NCBI RefSeq assembly: GCF_006345805.1
Contig: NC_042998.1
Coordinates: 101,184,001-101,248,000 of the forward strand
Origin: Octopus sinensis
Taxonomy: Eukaryota
Length of the DNA stretch: 64,000 nt
Reading direction: 5' to 3'
The position numbers and the translations under genes were made by a program. The notes under the pieces are model-generated. The model did no database searches, was not told the DNA's origin, and saw only the letters and a program-made list of their open reading frames with translations. This document shows, piece after piece, positions 39,551 to 52,424 of this stretch (within the stretch, counting starts at the first letter, position 1; each line of letters begins with the position of its first letter).

Positions 39551-42009
39551 GGTGAATATTAATAATAACAAAGGAGAGAACGTTGATGATAGAAACTGGA
39601 AAAACATTGTAAAAATAGTGTGTTGTTGATGGTTATATTGACGGAATCCTTTTCGTTTATTACAGACATTATTATAAAATGCAATTCGAACTTTTTGCTT
39701 ATTGTAACTTGTATGCGTGTGCATGGACGGAACATGGTCGAATGGTCAAGAATTAAGATCGATTCACAACTACGTTGTCTCAAGTTCGATCTCGTTGCAT
39801 GGTTATTTTACTATAGCCCCGTGTTGTCACATGCTTTGTGAGTGCAAGTGGATAGAAGAAAACAGTGTCATAACCCACCAAATGGAAGACGCCTGATTCT
39901 AAACGAGCATTATATTAAGGGTACACGCATCTGGGTGTACTCAGCTACTTAAGTAAAGTAAACGAACAAACAGTTCACTTGATCGAACAATAAATGCTCG
40001 TCGTCGAAATCAACAGAGGATCCATCCATCTTCTTTATCCTCCTCCTCCTTCTCCTCTTCATCGTGTACATATAGATGTTTGTTTATGCGTATAGATGTG
40101 TGTATATGTAAAGCGCATGGCCATGTGTGTGTATGTTTATATGCGTGTATTTGAGATTGATATATATGCAGAGATACGCGCGCATTGCAAACTATATAAC
40201 AGATGTTTCTTAGAACATTAGCTCATAGATAGAATAGGCTTCAAACGTTGATGAAAATGATGATCTGATTTTTATCAAGCCATGATCATACACCCTGTAT
40301 TCTTTATTAAAGTAAATAGTCTATCCAGAACTCTATTGTTCATAAGCGTTCTTTAGTTTTAAACTCTTTTGACACCAACCTGACTGACACCCTTTCTAAT
40401 ATTGTAATACAAATGTCATGTTTTCAACGCCAACATTTAGTCTTAATTTATGTTCATAACACTACTAGTAATAGTAACAAAGTTATGCTAGCTAGTAATA
40501 GTAACAAAGTTATTTTGCTAAATTCTTCTGTGTGCTTAAAATTAATTGAAATAAACATAGAGTATCTCAGCAGTAATATAATCACAAAAGGGTTAAGGTG
40601 ACATTTAAAAGAAATCAGACTATTATTTCTAACAGTTCGTATAACCGCATAGATGTTCACTCAGAGACTTTTTGTTGTTGTTGTTGTTGTGGAGTTCCAA
40701 ATCATTTCTGACCAAGTAGCCCCATCATCCGTTGCCCCAGACATGTAATGCCAATGTCTGGTTGAGGACTATGCTGCACCTTCTGAACATACGAGATGCG
40801 GGGTTTAATTATTTGTGAAGTGTTGCTCCCTGGACAACACTCTTGCTATCTGCTTTCTTCTTATGTTAATTTATTCCAGTGGTGGTCGTAACAAAGGCTG
40901 GCAAAGTAAACAGCCAAACAAGTGACAGCCGTTACACTTCTGTATTTATTAGTGATACTGTATGTACACCACTATATTTAAGGTTGCCAAGGCTATTAAT
41001 GAAGCTTCTATTTTTCCAATTCAACAAAAGAGATCGATAGAATCAGTTCCAGATTTAAAACACATGCTGAGGTTCATTTGTCCGACTAAACCGACAAGGA
41101 CGTTATTCCAGCAGGGTCACAGTGTAATGACTGATACAAGTCAAAGAATGAAAGAGTATACAATATTTCCTCATGCGAATGGATATAGGATATGTATTGG
41201 TAGTAGGGTGTCCCCCACCTTTGGTCTTCACTATTGTCACTATCTCTCTCTCTTTCCTCCATTCACGGTGTGTTATAATATGATGCAGCTAACTGTAGCG
41301 TGTGAAGTAATATCTGGGTAAGCACGCCTTAATATTTCACACAAGTGGACAGAAAAATTAGTTTTCTATTATGATTCATGATTATATGATTGACTGAGTT
41401 TAATATTTATGATGAATTTACTATCTTTGGTAAGAATGCAGCACCACATTGGCATAGCCAGAATATCAACCTTTGTTAACTCACAAATGAACTCTGCCTG
41501 CGCTATCGATTCTCTGACGTAATAACCATCCCTTGTGTAGTAAGCCATTCACTCACTCGTATTCGTGCATATATACATACATACACACTTTCACGCATTA
41601 ACATGTTGCTATACATGAAAACATGAGCATGCACATGTAAGCCACGAAAATCTACTTATGAATTAATGGCCTCTTTCCGTTCGTTGATGCATTATATATA
41701 ATGAATGTGTGAGTTTACGGGTGAATAACGATTTTTTCAATATCGAACTGGAGAACTTCAGTTGATTAAGTCGACAGCTTGTTCAACTACCAGCAGCAGG
41801 TTAGGCAACATCCAGATTTTTAAACTTCGTTGTATCGATTCGGTTTTTTTTCTTTAGCTGCTTAAGTCTTGGATAAGGGGCAGTGCTCATTGCCTCCACA
41901 GGCTCTGCGAGGCTATAAGATTGATGCCGTTAACATTTCACTTGAACTGTGACTAATTCAACGGTAGTGTCCCGGCATGACCACAGCTTTGAAGCTGAAA
42001 CAATTTAAA

Positions 42010-42325
42010 GATTTAATCGACGACTGGTAGAAGAAACATCGGCAGGGAGACAGTTGGAGGGAGTCAATGTTCTGGACAAGTATGATTCGGCACAGGGTTT
42101 AGCGCGTGGCTTGGAGTGGGGTGTTCACAATATAGCTGAAAAGAGGAGGTGAGACAAGAGAGTTTTAGAAGGGAGTGTCTGCGTGGAAGTGCACTAGATC
42201 AGACAATCCGGGAAGCAGACTTCATTGTTGTAACTGTAGTAATGGCAGAGAGAAAGAGAGAGAAGAGGAGAAAGAGAGAGAGAGAGAAAGGGAAGAGTAA
42301 GAGAACGAAAGAGAAGTAGGGAGGG

Positions 42326-42382
<57 letters not shown>

Positions 42383-42780
42383 GAAACAGCACGTTTGTGT
42401 GGTCAAAGTTGGAGTAGACTTTCTCTAGGGGCAGAATCTCTGTACCTGCTGCTGCACCGTCCTAGATGTGAGAGCAAGACTTCTTTATTAGTTATACTTG
42501 AGCTTTATAGGGGTTCACCGATTGACAGGTGATTGTTTCGATCTGAAAAGGGACAATTTTGAGATACAGCCTTAGATATGTTCAGGATATATATTCACCA
42601 TCTGAGATCCTCAGTGATTGTGAGACCGTGTAAAGTTAACGAGGGAGAGAGAGCACTGGTTGTGCAGTGTTAATATTTAAAGGAACGGAGGAATGACGGC
42701 ATTTTCTTCAAGATATTCAATAGTTCAGAGTATTTTGTTGTTAATAGTTATGAGAAAGAAGAAAAGTAACTTTCGCTATA
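42010..42780 (-). mobile_element. Highly degenerate CR1-type LINE 3' fragment interrupted by (GA)n
   Basis: Minus frames give YKAQV*...SCSHI*DGAA (cf. LYKAQVRP..EYCSHIWGGA) and RTLTPSNCLPADV (cf. RT..LWN.LP..V). Confidence 0.55.
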
Positions 42781-43106
42781 AGCTAACAGTCGTTAGCGCG
42801 CCATTGCTGCCACTGCAATGGAGTGCTAACGACTGTTAGCTTGCAGTGCTGGTAAGAGCTGAGTAGAATGTGGCATGTTGCATGTGATCAGAGATGGATG
42901 ACAGAGATGGGTCGTATTCTGTTGGCATTGCTCCTTGTTACATAAAAAGGACACGGAGTATTCGTTACTCTTCGAACTTTGTTGATTATTGATCTCTTTA
43001 AACCAACAGAAATAAGAGTGATAAAAAGTGGGGATAAGTTGCAAGATACATTCGAACCCCAATTGACTAATTTCAATTCATTAACACTATGCACATATGA
43101 TCTTCC

Positions 43107-43262
43107 CACTTGATTCAAATGATCTCCAATCTCACTTGATGCAAATGAGTTCCAATCCCGCTTGATGCAAATGAGTTCCAATCCCGCTTGATGCGAATGA
43201 TCCCCAATGCCCGCTTGATGCAAATGAGCTCCAATCCTGCTTGATGCAAATGAGCTCCAATA
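43107..43262 (+). repeat. Minisatellite, six ~26 bp units (consensus CGCTTGATGCAAATGAGYTCCAATCC)
   Basis: Read directly from sequence. Confidence 0.85.
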
Positions 43263-43394
43263 TGTTATCTTGATACTGAAACACCATATGTGATTCCGCC
43301 ATTATGTAATGGTGACCCAATAACGCATCAATGATTTCTGTGTAGATTAATAAGTTTCATTTTCATAACGAAAGTAATTAATGATTTGGAGAGC

Positions 43395-43436
<42 letters not shown>

Positions 43437-43510
43437 AAGCAAGCGAGAGAGCAGACAAGAAGGTCTGTTACAACTTCTAAAAGAAATTAAAAATTTCCTA
43501 TATATATATA

Positions 43511-43613
<103 letters not shown>

Positions 43614-44767
43614 TATATATATGTATTCATATATATATTGTTATACTTGGGAATGGTTAGTTTTTGCTAATTAAACACCCGTACTATTTATTTGATCTTC
43701 AGTTTAGTTTATTCTTGTGTCAAAGTTTTACGTCATACATTCTGTGACACTATTAGTCACTTTCTGTCCTATGTGTCTCCTCTGGTCCTGCTTATTTAAT
43801 TTTGTGGAATATATTTCCATCCATCAATTCATCCATATATATATATAGTGAGAATTTACAAAAAAAGAACAAAATATGAAGACGGGTGTGTAAACAACAA
43901 ACAGATGTATTAGCTTAACGCTAGGGAAGTGAGAAAGTCTTTTACGTTTCGCGCCTACGCTCTTCGATAGAGAGCAACAAAAATAAACAGGGAGAAAAAT
44001 AGAAAGAGGTTTAGTGGCTAACGATCTATCATGACGAATGCCATATAAATGTATACATATATATATACATATATACATATACATAAACGATGCATATATA
44101 CATGTGTTTGTGTTTGTGTCAGAGTGTGTGTGCGTGTGTGTGTGTGTGCGCATATGCATGCATCTGTATCTGTTTTTATGCACACTGGCGTTTATTCAGT
44201 GACAATTTCTCGTCGTATTTACTTCCGAATAGTAACTCCTTAAAAGGGAAGTAACCCAGGGTCAAATCTGACACCCAACAGTAATCGATAAAATGCGTAT
44301 CAGAAAAAGTATCGGAATTAATACCCTTGATACGATACCTCTGTTGGGGATGCAGTCCAATAATTAAAACCAACAAGAGAATGGAAAAAAAATTGTAAAC
44401 TCGGTGCATTAAGACGGATTAACGTCTTTTTCTATGAAAGTTATCATGACATTCAAGAAACGACTATTAATGTAAAATATTTCTTGACATTCGAAATAAA
44501 TATAGCTATTTTTGTGACAGTGGCTAAAATTTATAGAAAACATATACCGAGTTAACTAGAAGAAATTGGTAAGAGCAAGATATTTGTTAATCTGCCATCA
44601 AAAATAACTGATCGTCTCAGAAATAAGAATATATCTTTTGATTAACTGATTTAGCGACCTTGAAGAATTCGTTCAACATGATGCCAAATATTGGTAGTTT
44701 AAAAATAAAACCGATCGATTTAGGAATTACACTGACTTCAGAGAAATATGAAACAAAAAGTTCCCCC

Positions 44768-44908
<141 letters not shown>

Positions 44909-45524
44909 ATTGCCTGGCTGTCTGTTTGTCTGTCTGCCTGCTTGTCTGATTTGCTGATTGTTAGTCTCTCTCAGTATGTCTATCTCCCTAACCGACTTCT
45001 TGAAGGTAGAAACTACTGTTTATGATGGAGGTACTTTGATATAACAGAAGAGTTTAGGTTCTATAATTACAGTTATGCATACACGTATCCAGTTTCTTAG
45101 ACACTCAAATACGCACCTGTCAAATACACGATAGATGCTAAATATAACGTATGTGCAAATTATTATAACAAACAAAAGCAATCACTAAATTTTATCGAAA
45201 TGGAAAATGAAGTCTTTAAGTAGGTATTTTTTTCTGGTTCAAGATTAATTTCAGTACTTTTCACTTGTTATGAAACAGTTTTCTTGTAGACAAACGTCGA
45301 GTTATATGAATAGAGCAAAATCATTGAAAATGAAACGGAACCGTATACTCATACAGTATGTTATTAATTAAGTACCGGGGACTAATGTATTTGTGTATGG
45401 AAATTTTCAGTTCAGTGTATATGTATACACACACACACATACACACATACACACATATACACACTCATATATATATTTATACATACATATAAATCTACAT
45501 ACATACATATATACATATATATTT

Positions 45525-46225
45525 GATGGCTACCCCCTCGTTATCGAGTATGGCCATTGCAAAAGGCTTAACCGTTATCGGTGCTGTGATCGAATGTGAC
45601 TTTTTAGCCCAGCTAAAGATCTACAATGGCTTGTACAGAATTAGCAGCTAAAACCTTTCTGGCAATAGCCGGTTGTAGTTGTAACTGGGCTTCATGTACC
45701 TTTGCATGTCGTTTAAGTCCTCCTACCGAATTACACTCCCTTCTACATACCTGACAGATATGATTAGTATGGCGTGTAACACCACCACCAGCAGCCTGGT
45801 AGTTAATCCTCAGTCTCGCTTTATGACTACGAAGATGACTCATGAGTCCAGCTTTACTGAGGCAGGGTCTTGCAGAGACACTGCATGTCAGCATCATAGG
45901 AAGACCCTTACCGTCTGGAAGTGCAACAATGATGCCCTTCCTGACATACCTCCTTCCTTTCTCCTGCGCAACTCGAGGTTTCTCAAAAGTAGCTCTCCCC
46001 TCATGCACAAGCCATCTCTACCTGCTACGGTCAATAGCTATGTCCTCCCCTATGTGTCAGGAGAGATGCTAGCATCTCTTAAGGAAGCCTTCAGCAAGTC
46101 TTTATACCTCTTTTTTGGTTTATGTGGAGGTCGTTCTCCTTTAGCTAACTCTCCATACAAGAGTTGTTTTGTCATCCTTGAATCTTTCATCCTGACCAGA
46201 TGACCACTCATCTAGGTGTCCAGGA
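45525..46225 (-). mobile_element. RTE-clade LINE 3' fragment with multiple C-terminal C2H2 zinc fingers
   Basis: Translation: RMKDSRMTKQLLYGELAKGERPPHKPKKRYKDLLK (RTE post-RT region), then CSVSARPCLSKAGLMSHLRSH, CQVCRRECNSVGGLKRHAKVH and a third, frameshifted finger. Ends in a CTCG-ATAA-CGAG hairpin. Confidence 0.88.
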
Positions 46226-46282
46226 GATCCAAGAAAACTTGTGATAAAGACAAAATACTAATAATAGTTATAATACCATAGA

Positions 46283-46481
46283 TACAAGACTTGAAACTTT
46301 GGGGGAGATGACTAGTCGATTACATCAATACCAGTGCTCGACTGGTACATAATTTATCGACCTCGGAAGGATGAAAAGCAAAGTCAACCGCAGCGGAATT
46401 TGAACGCAGAACGCAAAGATAGATGAAATGCCGCTGTGCATTTCGCCCGGCGTACTATCGATTCTGCCAGCACGTTGCCTT
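46283..46481 (-). mobile_element. SINE of the same family, with a duplicated 5' stub at 46506-46523
   Basis: Reverse complement of the head, core and 3' segment. Confidence 0.78.
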
Positions 46482-46527
46482 AATAATAATAACAATAATA
46501 ATAATCTGTCAGGTCGCCGCCTTAATA

Positions 46528-46559
<32 letters not shown>

Positions 46560-46565
46560 GATAAC

Positions 46566-46627
<62 letters not shown>

Positions 46628-46637
46628 TAATAATAAT

Positions 46638-47102
46638 CGTCGAAAATAGACATGCAAAAATCCTATGGAATTTTATGATTCAGTGCGACCATGAGATTGA
46701 GAACAGGAAGCCGGACATTGTCTTAATTGAGAAAGAAAACAAACTATGCTGGATCATAGACATAGCATGCCCAGCTGACAAAACGGTATGCGATAAGGAA
46801 GAAAGAAAATTCGAGAGATATGACAGGTTAGCTTGGGAAGTTAAGCAGTTGTGGGCGATGAAAAAGGTAGCAGTAGTACCAATAACTGTCGGAGCTATAG
46901 GAACAGTGAGCAAAAATCTCGAGAAGTACGTGGAACAAATAGAGGCTGCAATAAGGGTGGAGCACTTGCAGAAAACAGCACTGCTTGTAACCGCTCGAAT
47001 ACTCCGGAAGGTGCTCGAAAAATAAGAGGTGTTACCTTAGTTCACTGGTAGTGAACAGCTGACGCTGTAGTACATCTCCAGCGTTAGAAGCTGTGCAAAG
47101 GC
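46638..47102 (+). mobile_element. 3' fragment of a second, divergent R4/Dong-type RLE LINE family in (TAA)n
   Basis: Frame reads VENRHAKILWNFMIQCDHEIENRKPDIVLIEKENKLCWIIDIACP...KFERYDRL...VPITVGAIG...LQKTALL..ARILRKVL*. This is homologous to but clearly divergent from 49061-49750 and has its own 3' UTR. (AAT)n on both sides. Confidence 0.9.
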
Positions 47103-47150
<48 letters not shown>

Positions 47151-47157
<7 letters not shown>

Positions 47158-49847
47158 GATTTGCCGGAGATAAAAGAAAAGCTGAAGCAAGATATCCTTG
47201 CCAAAGCTCAAAGGATCCGCCGGTACGAGAAACGCCAACGCTTCTTTGAACAGAACAAAAAGTTCAACTCCGACCCAAAAAAGTTCTACCAAAAACTGGG
47301 CAAAAATAAAATAGAAGTCACTGCAGCACCAACGGCAGAAGAATTGGAAGAATTCTGGAGAGAAATATGGTCGGCGAACGAACAGCCAAAAAAAAAGGAG
47401 TATGAAAATAACAAACTCGGCATCTGAACAACTTTGGACCCCCATAACAACTGAAGAGGTCACCCAGGCACTGCAAAAACTAAGCAACTGGAAGGCACCT
47501 GGGCATGACAAGATCCCCAACTTCTGGTTGAAATATCTAACAGGAATGCACAAAAAGCTGGCTGAAAACTTTAACAGCATACTAGCAGAGCCAGAGACAA
47601 TGCCTGAATGGCTCACGAAGGGGAAAACCATCTTAATTCCCAAATCAAATGAAACAACAAAACCAGAAAACTACAGACCAATAACCTGCCTCCTACTATG
47701 TTCAAGGCATTTACTGCAGTGATATCGCAAAGGCTGAACAAGCATCTGGACGAAAACAAACTGTTCCCAGAAGAGCAGAAAGGATGCCGCAAGGGCTCAT
47801 ATGGCTGTAAAGATCAACTAATGATTAATAAAACCGTAACTGAAGACAGCCACAGAAAGAAGAAAAGCCTCAGTATGGCCTGGATTGACTACAAAAAGGC
47901 GTTTGATAGCATCCCCCACACATGGATCCTCGAAACACTAGCCATTAACAAAGTAGCACCAACAATCATAAAATTCATAGAGCACTCTATGAATAAATGG
48001 CAAACAGTCCTACACCTCCAAACAAAAGAGGGACTCATGAAAACCAAAGACATCCCCATTAGAAGAGGAATATTCCAGGGAGACACGCTCTCTCCACTCC
48101 TTTTGCTTGGCACTGTCACCTCTATCTGATATGCTAAATAGAACTGGATGCGGATATAAATGTTACGGCAAAACGATCAGCCACCTTTTATATATGGATG
48201 ACCTAAAACTATACGCTGCAAATGACAAACAGCTGGAAACACTATTAAAGACAGTTCATGGATTTACCAAAGAAATAGATATGAAATTTGGATTAGAAAA
48301 ATGCGCCAAGTAACCATGAAAAGAGGAAAACTAGTTAAGAGTAACAACATCACACTAGATAAAACCAATGAAATAAAAGAATTAGACCAAAGCCAAACTT
48401 ACAAATACTTAGGAATCCATGAACTAGATAAGACACAACACACACAAATGAAAGAGAAAATAAAAAAAGAATATTATAGACGAGTTAGATCAATACTAAA
48501 AACAGAGCTCAATGCTAAAAACAAGATAATAGGTATCAACACTTTAGCTGTCCCAGTTATAAGTTACAGCTACAATATCCTTAACTGGACACGAAATGAA
48601 CTGTCCAAAATAGATAGGAAAACAAGAAAAATACTGACAGGATCTAGGATGCATCACCAAAATCTGACATAGAAAGACTATATATACAACGTATAGAAGG
48701 TGGTAGAGGCCTTATACAGCTGGAAAACTACTATAAAATAACCACCATAGGACTGCAAAAATACCTACTTCAGAAGGAAGGAAAACTGATCCAGATAGCA
48801 GCAAAACACGAACAAAACAAAAAACTGTTCTCAGTATTTAAGGAAGCTGACAAATACAAACAAGAAATCATACCACCTAATAAACACAAAGAAGAAGAAG
48901 AAGATGATGAAGAAACAACAAAAGCTATAAAACAAATGAAATCCAAACTAAAAATAGAACAGCAACGAGCCATGATAAAACGATGGCAAGAAAAGCCCCT
49001 TCATGGTAAATACTGCACTAAACTAAACGCAAAAGAAATAGACAAAGAAAAATCCCAGCAATGGTTGAGAAGTTCAGGACTCAAAGCAGAAACAGAGGGA
49101 TTTTAATTGCAGCACAAGACCAAAGCCTCCCCACCAGAAATTACCAAAAACATGTAATGAAAAGAAATATTACAAGTAACTCCAGAATATGTGGAGATGG
49201 ACAAGAAACAATAAATCATATTATCTCTAGCTGCCCAGTCCTGGCTAAGAAGGAATATATTCACAGACATGACAGAGTTGGAACCTACATACATTGGAAG
49301 CTATGCCAACATTATGGAATAACAACAGAAAAAAGATGGTATAGGCACACACCAGAAAAGGTCACAGAAAACGAGAAAGCAACCATACTCTGGGATATGC
49401 CGATACACACAGATAGAGAAATTAAGGCCAACAGACCAGATATAGTTGTCAGAGATCATGAAGAAAAAAAATGCTTTCTAATTGATGTATCAATACCGGC
49501 AGATGACAACGTGTCTCTAAAAGAAATGGAGAAACTCTCAAAATACAAAGACCTGGAAATAGAGATAACTAGAATGTGGAACCTGAAAACAGAAACAATT
49601 CCTATCATAGTAGGTGCATTAGGCATGATAAAAAAATATTCAGACAAATACATAACAAAAACACCAGGACTTACAAACACATATAACATACAGAAAATTG
49701 CACTACTAGGCACTGCACACATCCTACGCAGAACACTTTCCATACAATAACCATCAGAGCATCACAACAAATCACAGCACATACCTAAGGCACACAGAGC
49801 TGCGCTCGGTAGTGAAGTGAAAGCACGCTATAAAAATAAAACTACTG
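47151..49847 (+). mobile_element. R4/Dong-clade RLE non-LTR retrotransposon, 5'-truncated and frameshifted, inserted in (TAA)n
   Basis: RT pieces: 47402-47722 (WKAPGHDKIPNFWLK, NYRPITCL), 47698-48129 (EEQKGCRKGSYGCKDQL, WIDYKKAFDSIPH, RGIFQGDTLSPLL), 48107-48313 (HLLYMDDLKLY), 48301-48672 (YKYLGI). 49061-49750 has a CCHC-like knuckle (SRICGDGQETINHIISSC) and restriction-like endonuclease motifs (RHD, RPDIVV...LIDV, KLSKYKDL). (AAT)n flanks both sides. Confidence 0.93.
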
Positions 49848-49874
49848 AATAATAATAATAATAATGATAATAAT

Positions 49875-50410
49875 AGGCAGTGGCTCTCATGGCTTCTGAT
49901 CTTAACTGATTGGAAGTGTTATCATGTACATTGTTTTGTCTTGGTATAAAAGATGGGCTACAGCAAATATTCTGCTCAATACCACAGATTTGCTTGTCAT
50001 TTGTTTGACCTTAACCAGTTGAGCCTTTCCCTTAGTGGCTGACGATATGTGCATCTCTGTCACGAGCAAAAGTAGTGGGGGAGCATCATAGCCATGTGTT
50101 GAGAGGGATTCTTTGGTGTTTGAATAATTCACCTCTGGAAACATGGGTGGTTCTTTCAGCATCCTTCAACAACCCTTATTCAGAGACCTTTTGAGTGGGA
50201 TGGGCTACTCAACCTGAAGAAATTTTTAACTGGGCCCCACCTGCAAGGTCATGTGCTGTTTATCTTGATATGAGATCACCATGTCGCGCACATATGGTTA
50301 GATGCATGTGCCTGGTGTACCCTTATCAGACGGGTAGTCATGATGGGTATATTGGGCTTCGTATATTTTACCCCAGTGTCACTTTGATGGCATGAACTGC
50401 TCTCTCACTC
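49875..50410. mobile_element. Element X copy 2 in (TAA)n, directly after the R4/Dong LINE
   Basis: Same sequence family. Lacks the first ~18 bp (ATGCCCTGATGCAGTACC). Ends CTCTCACTC|AATAAT. Confidence 0.8.
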
Positions 50411-50442
<32 letters not shown>

Positions 50443-50487
50443 TGATGACGATGATGATGATGATGATAATAATAATAATAATAATAA

Positions 50488-51043
50488 ATGCCCTGATGCA
50501 GTACCAGACAGTGGCTCTCATGGCTTCTGATCTTAACTGATTGGAAGTGTTATCACGTACATTGTTTTGTCTTGGTATAAAAGATGGGCTACAGCAAATA
50601 TTCTGCTCAGTACCACAGATTTGCTTGTCAGTTGTTTTACCATAACCAGTTGACCATGTCCCTTAGTGGCTGACGTTATGTGCATCTCTGATCATGAGCA
50701 GGAGTAGTGGGGGAACATCATAGCCGTGTGTTGAAAGAAAATCCTAGAGGTTTGGATAATTCACCTTTAGAAACATGGGTGGTTCGTTCAGCATCCTTAA
50801 ACAACCCTTATTCAGAGACCTTTTGAGAGTGTTGGGCTACTCGGCTAAAAGAAAATTTTAACTGGGCCCCACCTGCAAGATCATGCGCTGTTTATCTTGA
50901 TATGTGATCACCATGTCATGCACATATGGTTGTGATGCATGTATCTGGTGTACCCTTATCAGACGGGTAGTCATGATGAGTATACTGGGCTTTGTATATT
51001 TTACTCCAGTGTCACTTTGATGGCATGCACTGCTCTCTTACTC
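50488..51043. mobile_element. Element X copy 3 in (TAA)n
   Basis: Same family. ATGCCCTGATGCAGTACC start, CTCTTACTC|AATAAT end. Confidence 0.8.
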
Positions 51044-51095
51044 AATAATAATCATAATATGAATTCGTGTTATTTATGAGCGTAGTGTTGTGTCT

Positions 51096-51815
51096 ATGCC
51101 AAGGAAGATAAAATGCTAAAAGTTGAGATGAAACTGAATGTGAAACGTTGCATGGAGTCGGTTGATAGTTGTTTATAACTGCGTAAGACGTTGAATTTAG
51201 CGCCTGCGATTATGAATAATGTTAATGAAATGAAATTCATTCACGCAGGAATAATAGGCAAATCATCCTCTATTTACGTAATCAAACAGCGGAGAATGGA
51301 GAAATTGTTTATGCTGTAGCTTGCAGATATGAAGAAAAATAATGTTTCCCTGATGCAGTAAAGTCAATATTTGACAAAATGTTTTTGTAGAGTCTGGGAG
51401 AACTAAAATATTTACATCCAGCAAAAGGTGGCTTTATTGTTTGGAAACCATTCTAAATTTCCTTAGATTATCTGTCCAAATTTAAACGTTTAACTGCGGA
51501 GGATAACAGCTTCCTTGATTTCGTCAGTTACAAGTTTCATTTTGGACAATATTTTAAGGAATTTTACAGAGTTATTTAAACGAATAAAAGCAATCATTGT
51601 TTGATGGAAACGTTTTAGTTCTCCCTAAATCTATATAAATATTTTGTGAAATAAAGATTTACCTGCAACTATTCTGACTTAATTTTCTTAATGTGGACGA
51701 AACCGTGCTTTATTGGGGGATGACAAATAGGATATATGTCGCATGTGAAAGAAATCTACTTCTGGTTTCAAGGTTGCAAAATATCGGTTTTCACTCGAGG
51801 GCAAAATGTCGAGAA
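51096..51815 (+). pseudogene. Degenerate Tigger/pogo-family (Tc1/mariner superfamily) transposase remnant
   Basis: Broken frames: MPRK...EMKLNVKR (HTH-psq-like), MEKLFML*LADMKKNNVSL (CENP-B-type HTH), FLNVDETVLYW and SGFKVAKYRF, matching the Tigger FNVDETGLFW...PGFKVAKDR pattern. No TIRs found. Confidence 0.7.
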
Positions 51816-51950
51816 CATTTAGACTGAAATCATTGCTAGAATGCTATTTAGAGACGACTTGTATAATGAAGGACACAAATATATATTTTTCTGTACCTCC
51901 CTCCCTCCCCTTCCCCCTTCCTACCTACCTACCTACCTATCTGTGTATCT

Positions 51951-52308
51951 ATTCTTTTATTCTTTTACTTGTTTCAGTCGTTTGACGGCGGCCATGCTGG
52001 GGCACCGCCTTTAGACGAGCAAACCGACCCCAGGTCTTATTCTTTGTAAGCCTAGTATTTACTCTATCGCTCTCTTTTGCTGCTAAGTTACGGGGCCGTA
52101 AACACACCAGCATCGGTTGTCAAGCGATGTTGGTGGAAGGGGACAAAAGTACTGACACACACACACACACATATACGACGGGCTTCTTTCAGTTTCGGTC
52201 TACCAAATCCACTCACAAGGCTTTGGTCGGCCCGAGGCTATAGTAGAAGGCACTTGCCCAAGGTGCCACGCAGTAGGACTGCTTACCATACAGCCACTCC
52301 CACGCCTG
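51951..52308 (-). mobile_element. tRNA-head SINE with CORE-like segment, internal CA run and common tail
   Basis: Head GGCGTG..GGCTGTATGGTAAG, GGCACCTTGGGCAAGTG segment, tail GGCGGTGCCCCAGCATGGCCGCCGTCAAACGACTGAAACAAGTAAAAGAATAAAAGA. ~40 bp deletion in the head. Confidence 0.85.

Positions 52309-52424
<116 letters not shown>

Noticed and set aside
39230-39724. Acidic/basic 164 aa ORF (poly-E, RGG-like)
   Set aside because: It arises from (CCT)/(CTT) cryptic repeats flanked by other microsatellites; no exon evidence.
40962-41321. 119 aa non-repetitive ORF
   Set aside because: It overlaps a degenerate SINE tail (CCAGCAGGGTCACAGTGTAATGACTGATACAAG, ~41108-41160) and has no recognisable motif.
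49875-49960. HDV-like or hammerhead ribozyme at either end of element X
   Set aside because: Could not assemble P1/P3/P1.1 or a hammerhead core by eye in either orientation.
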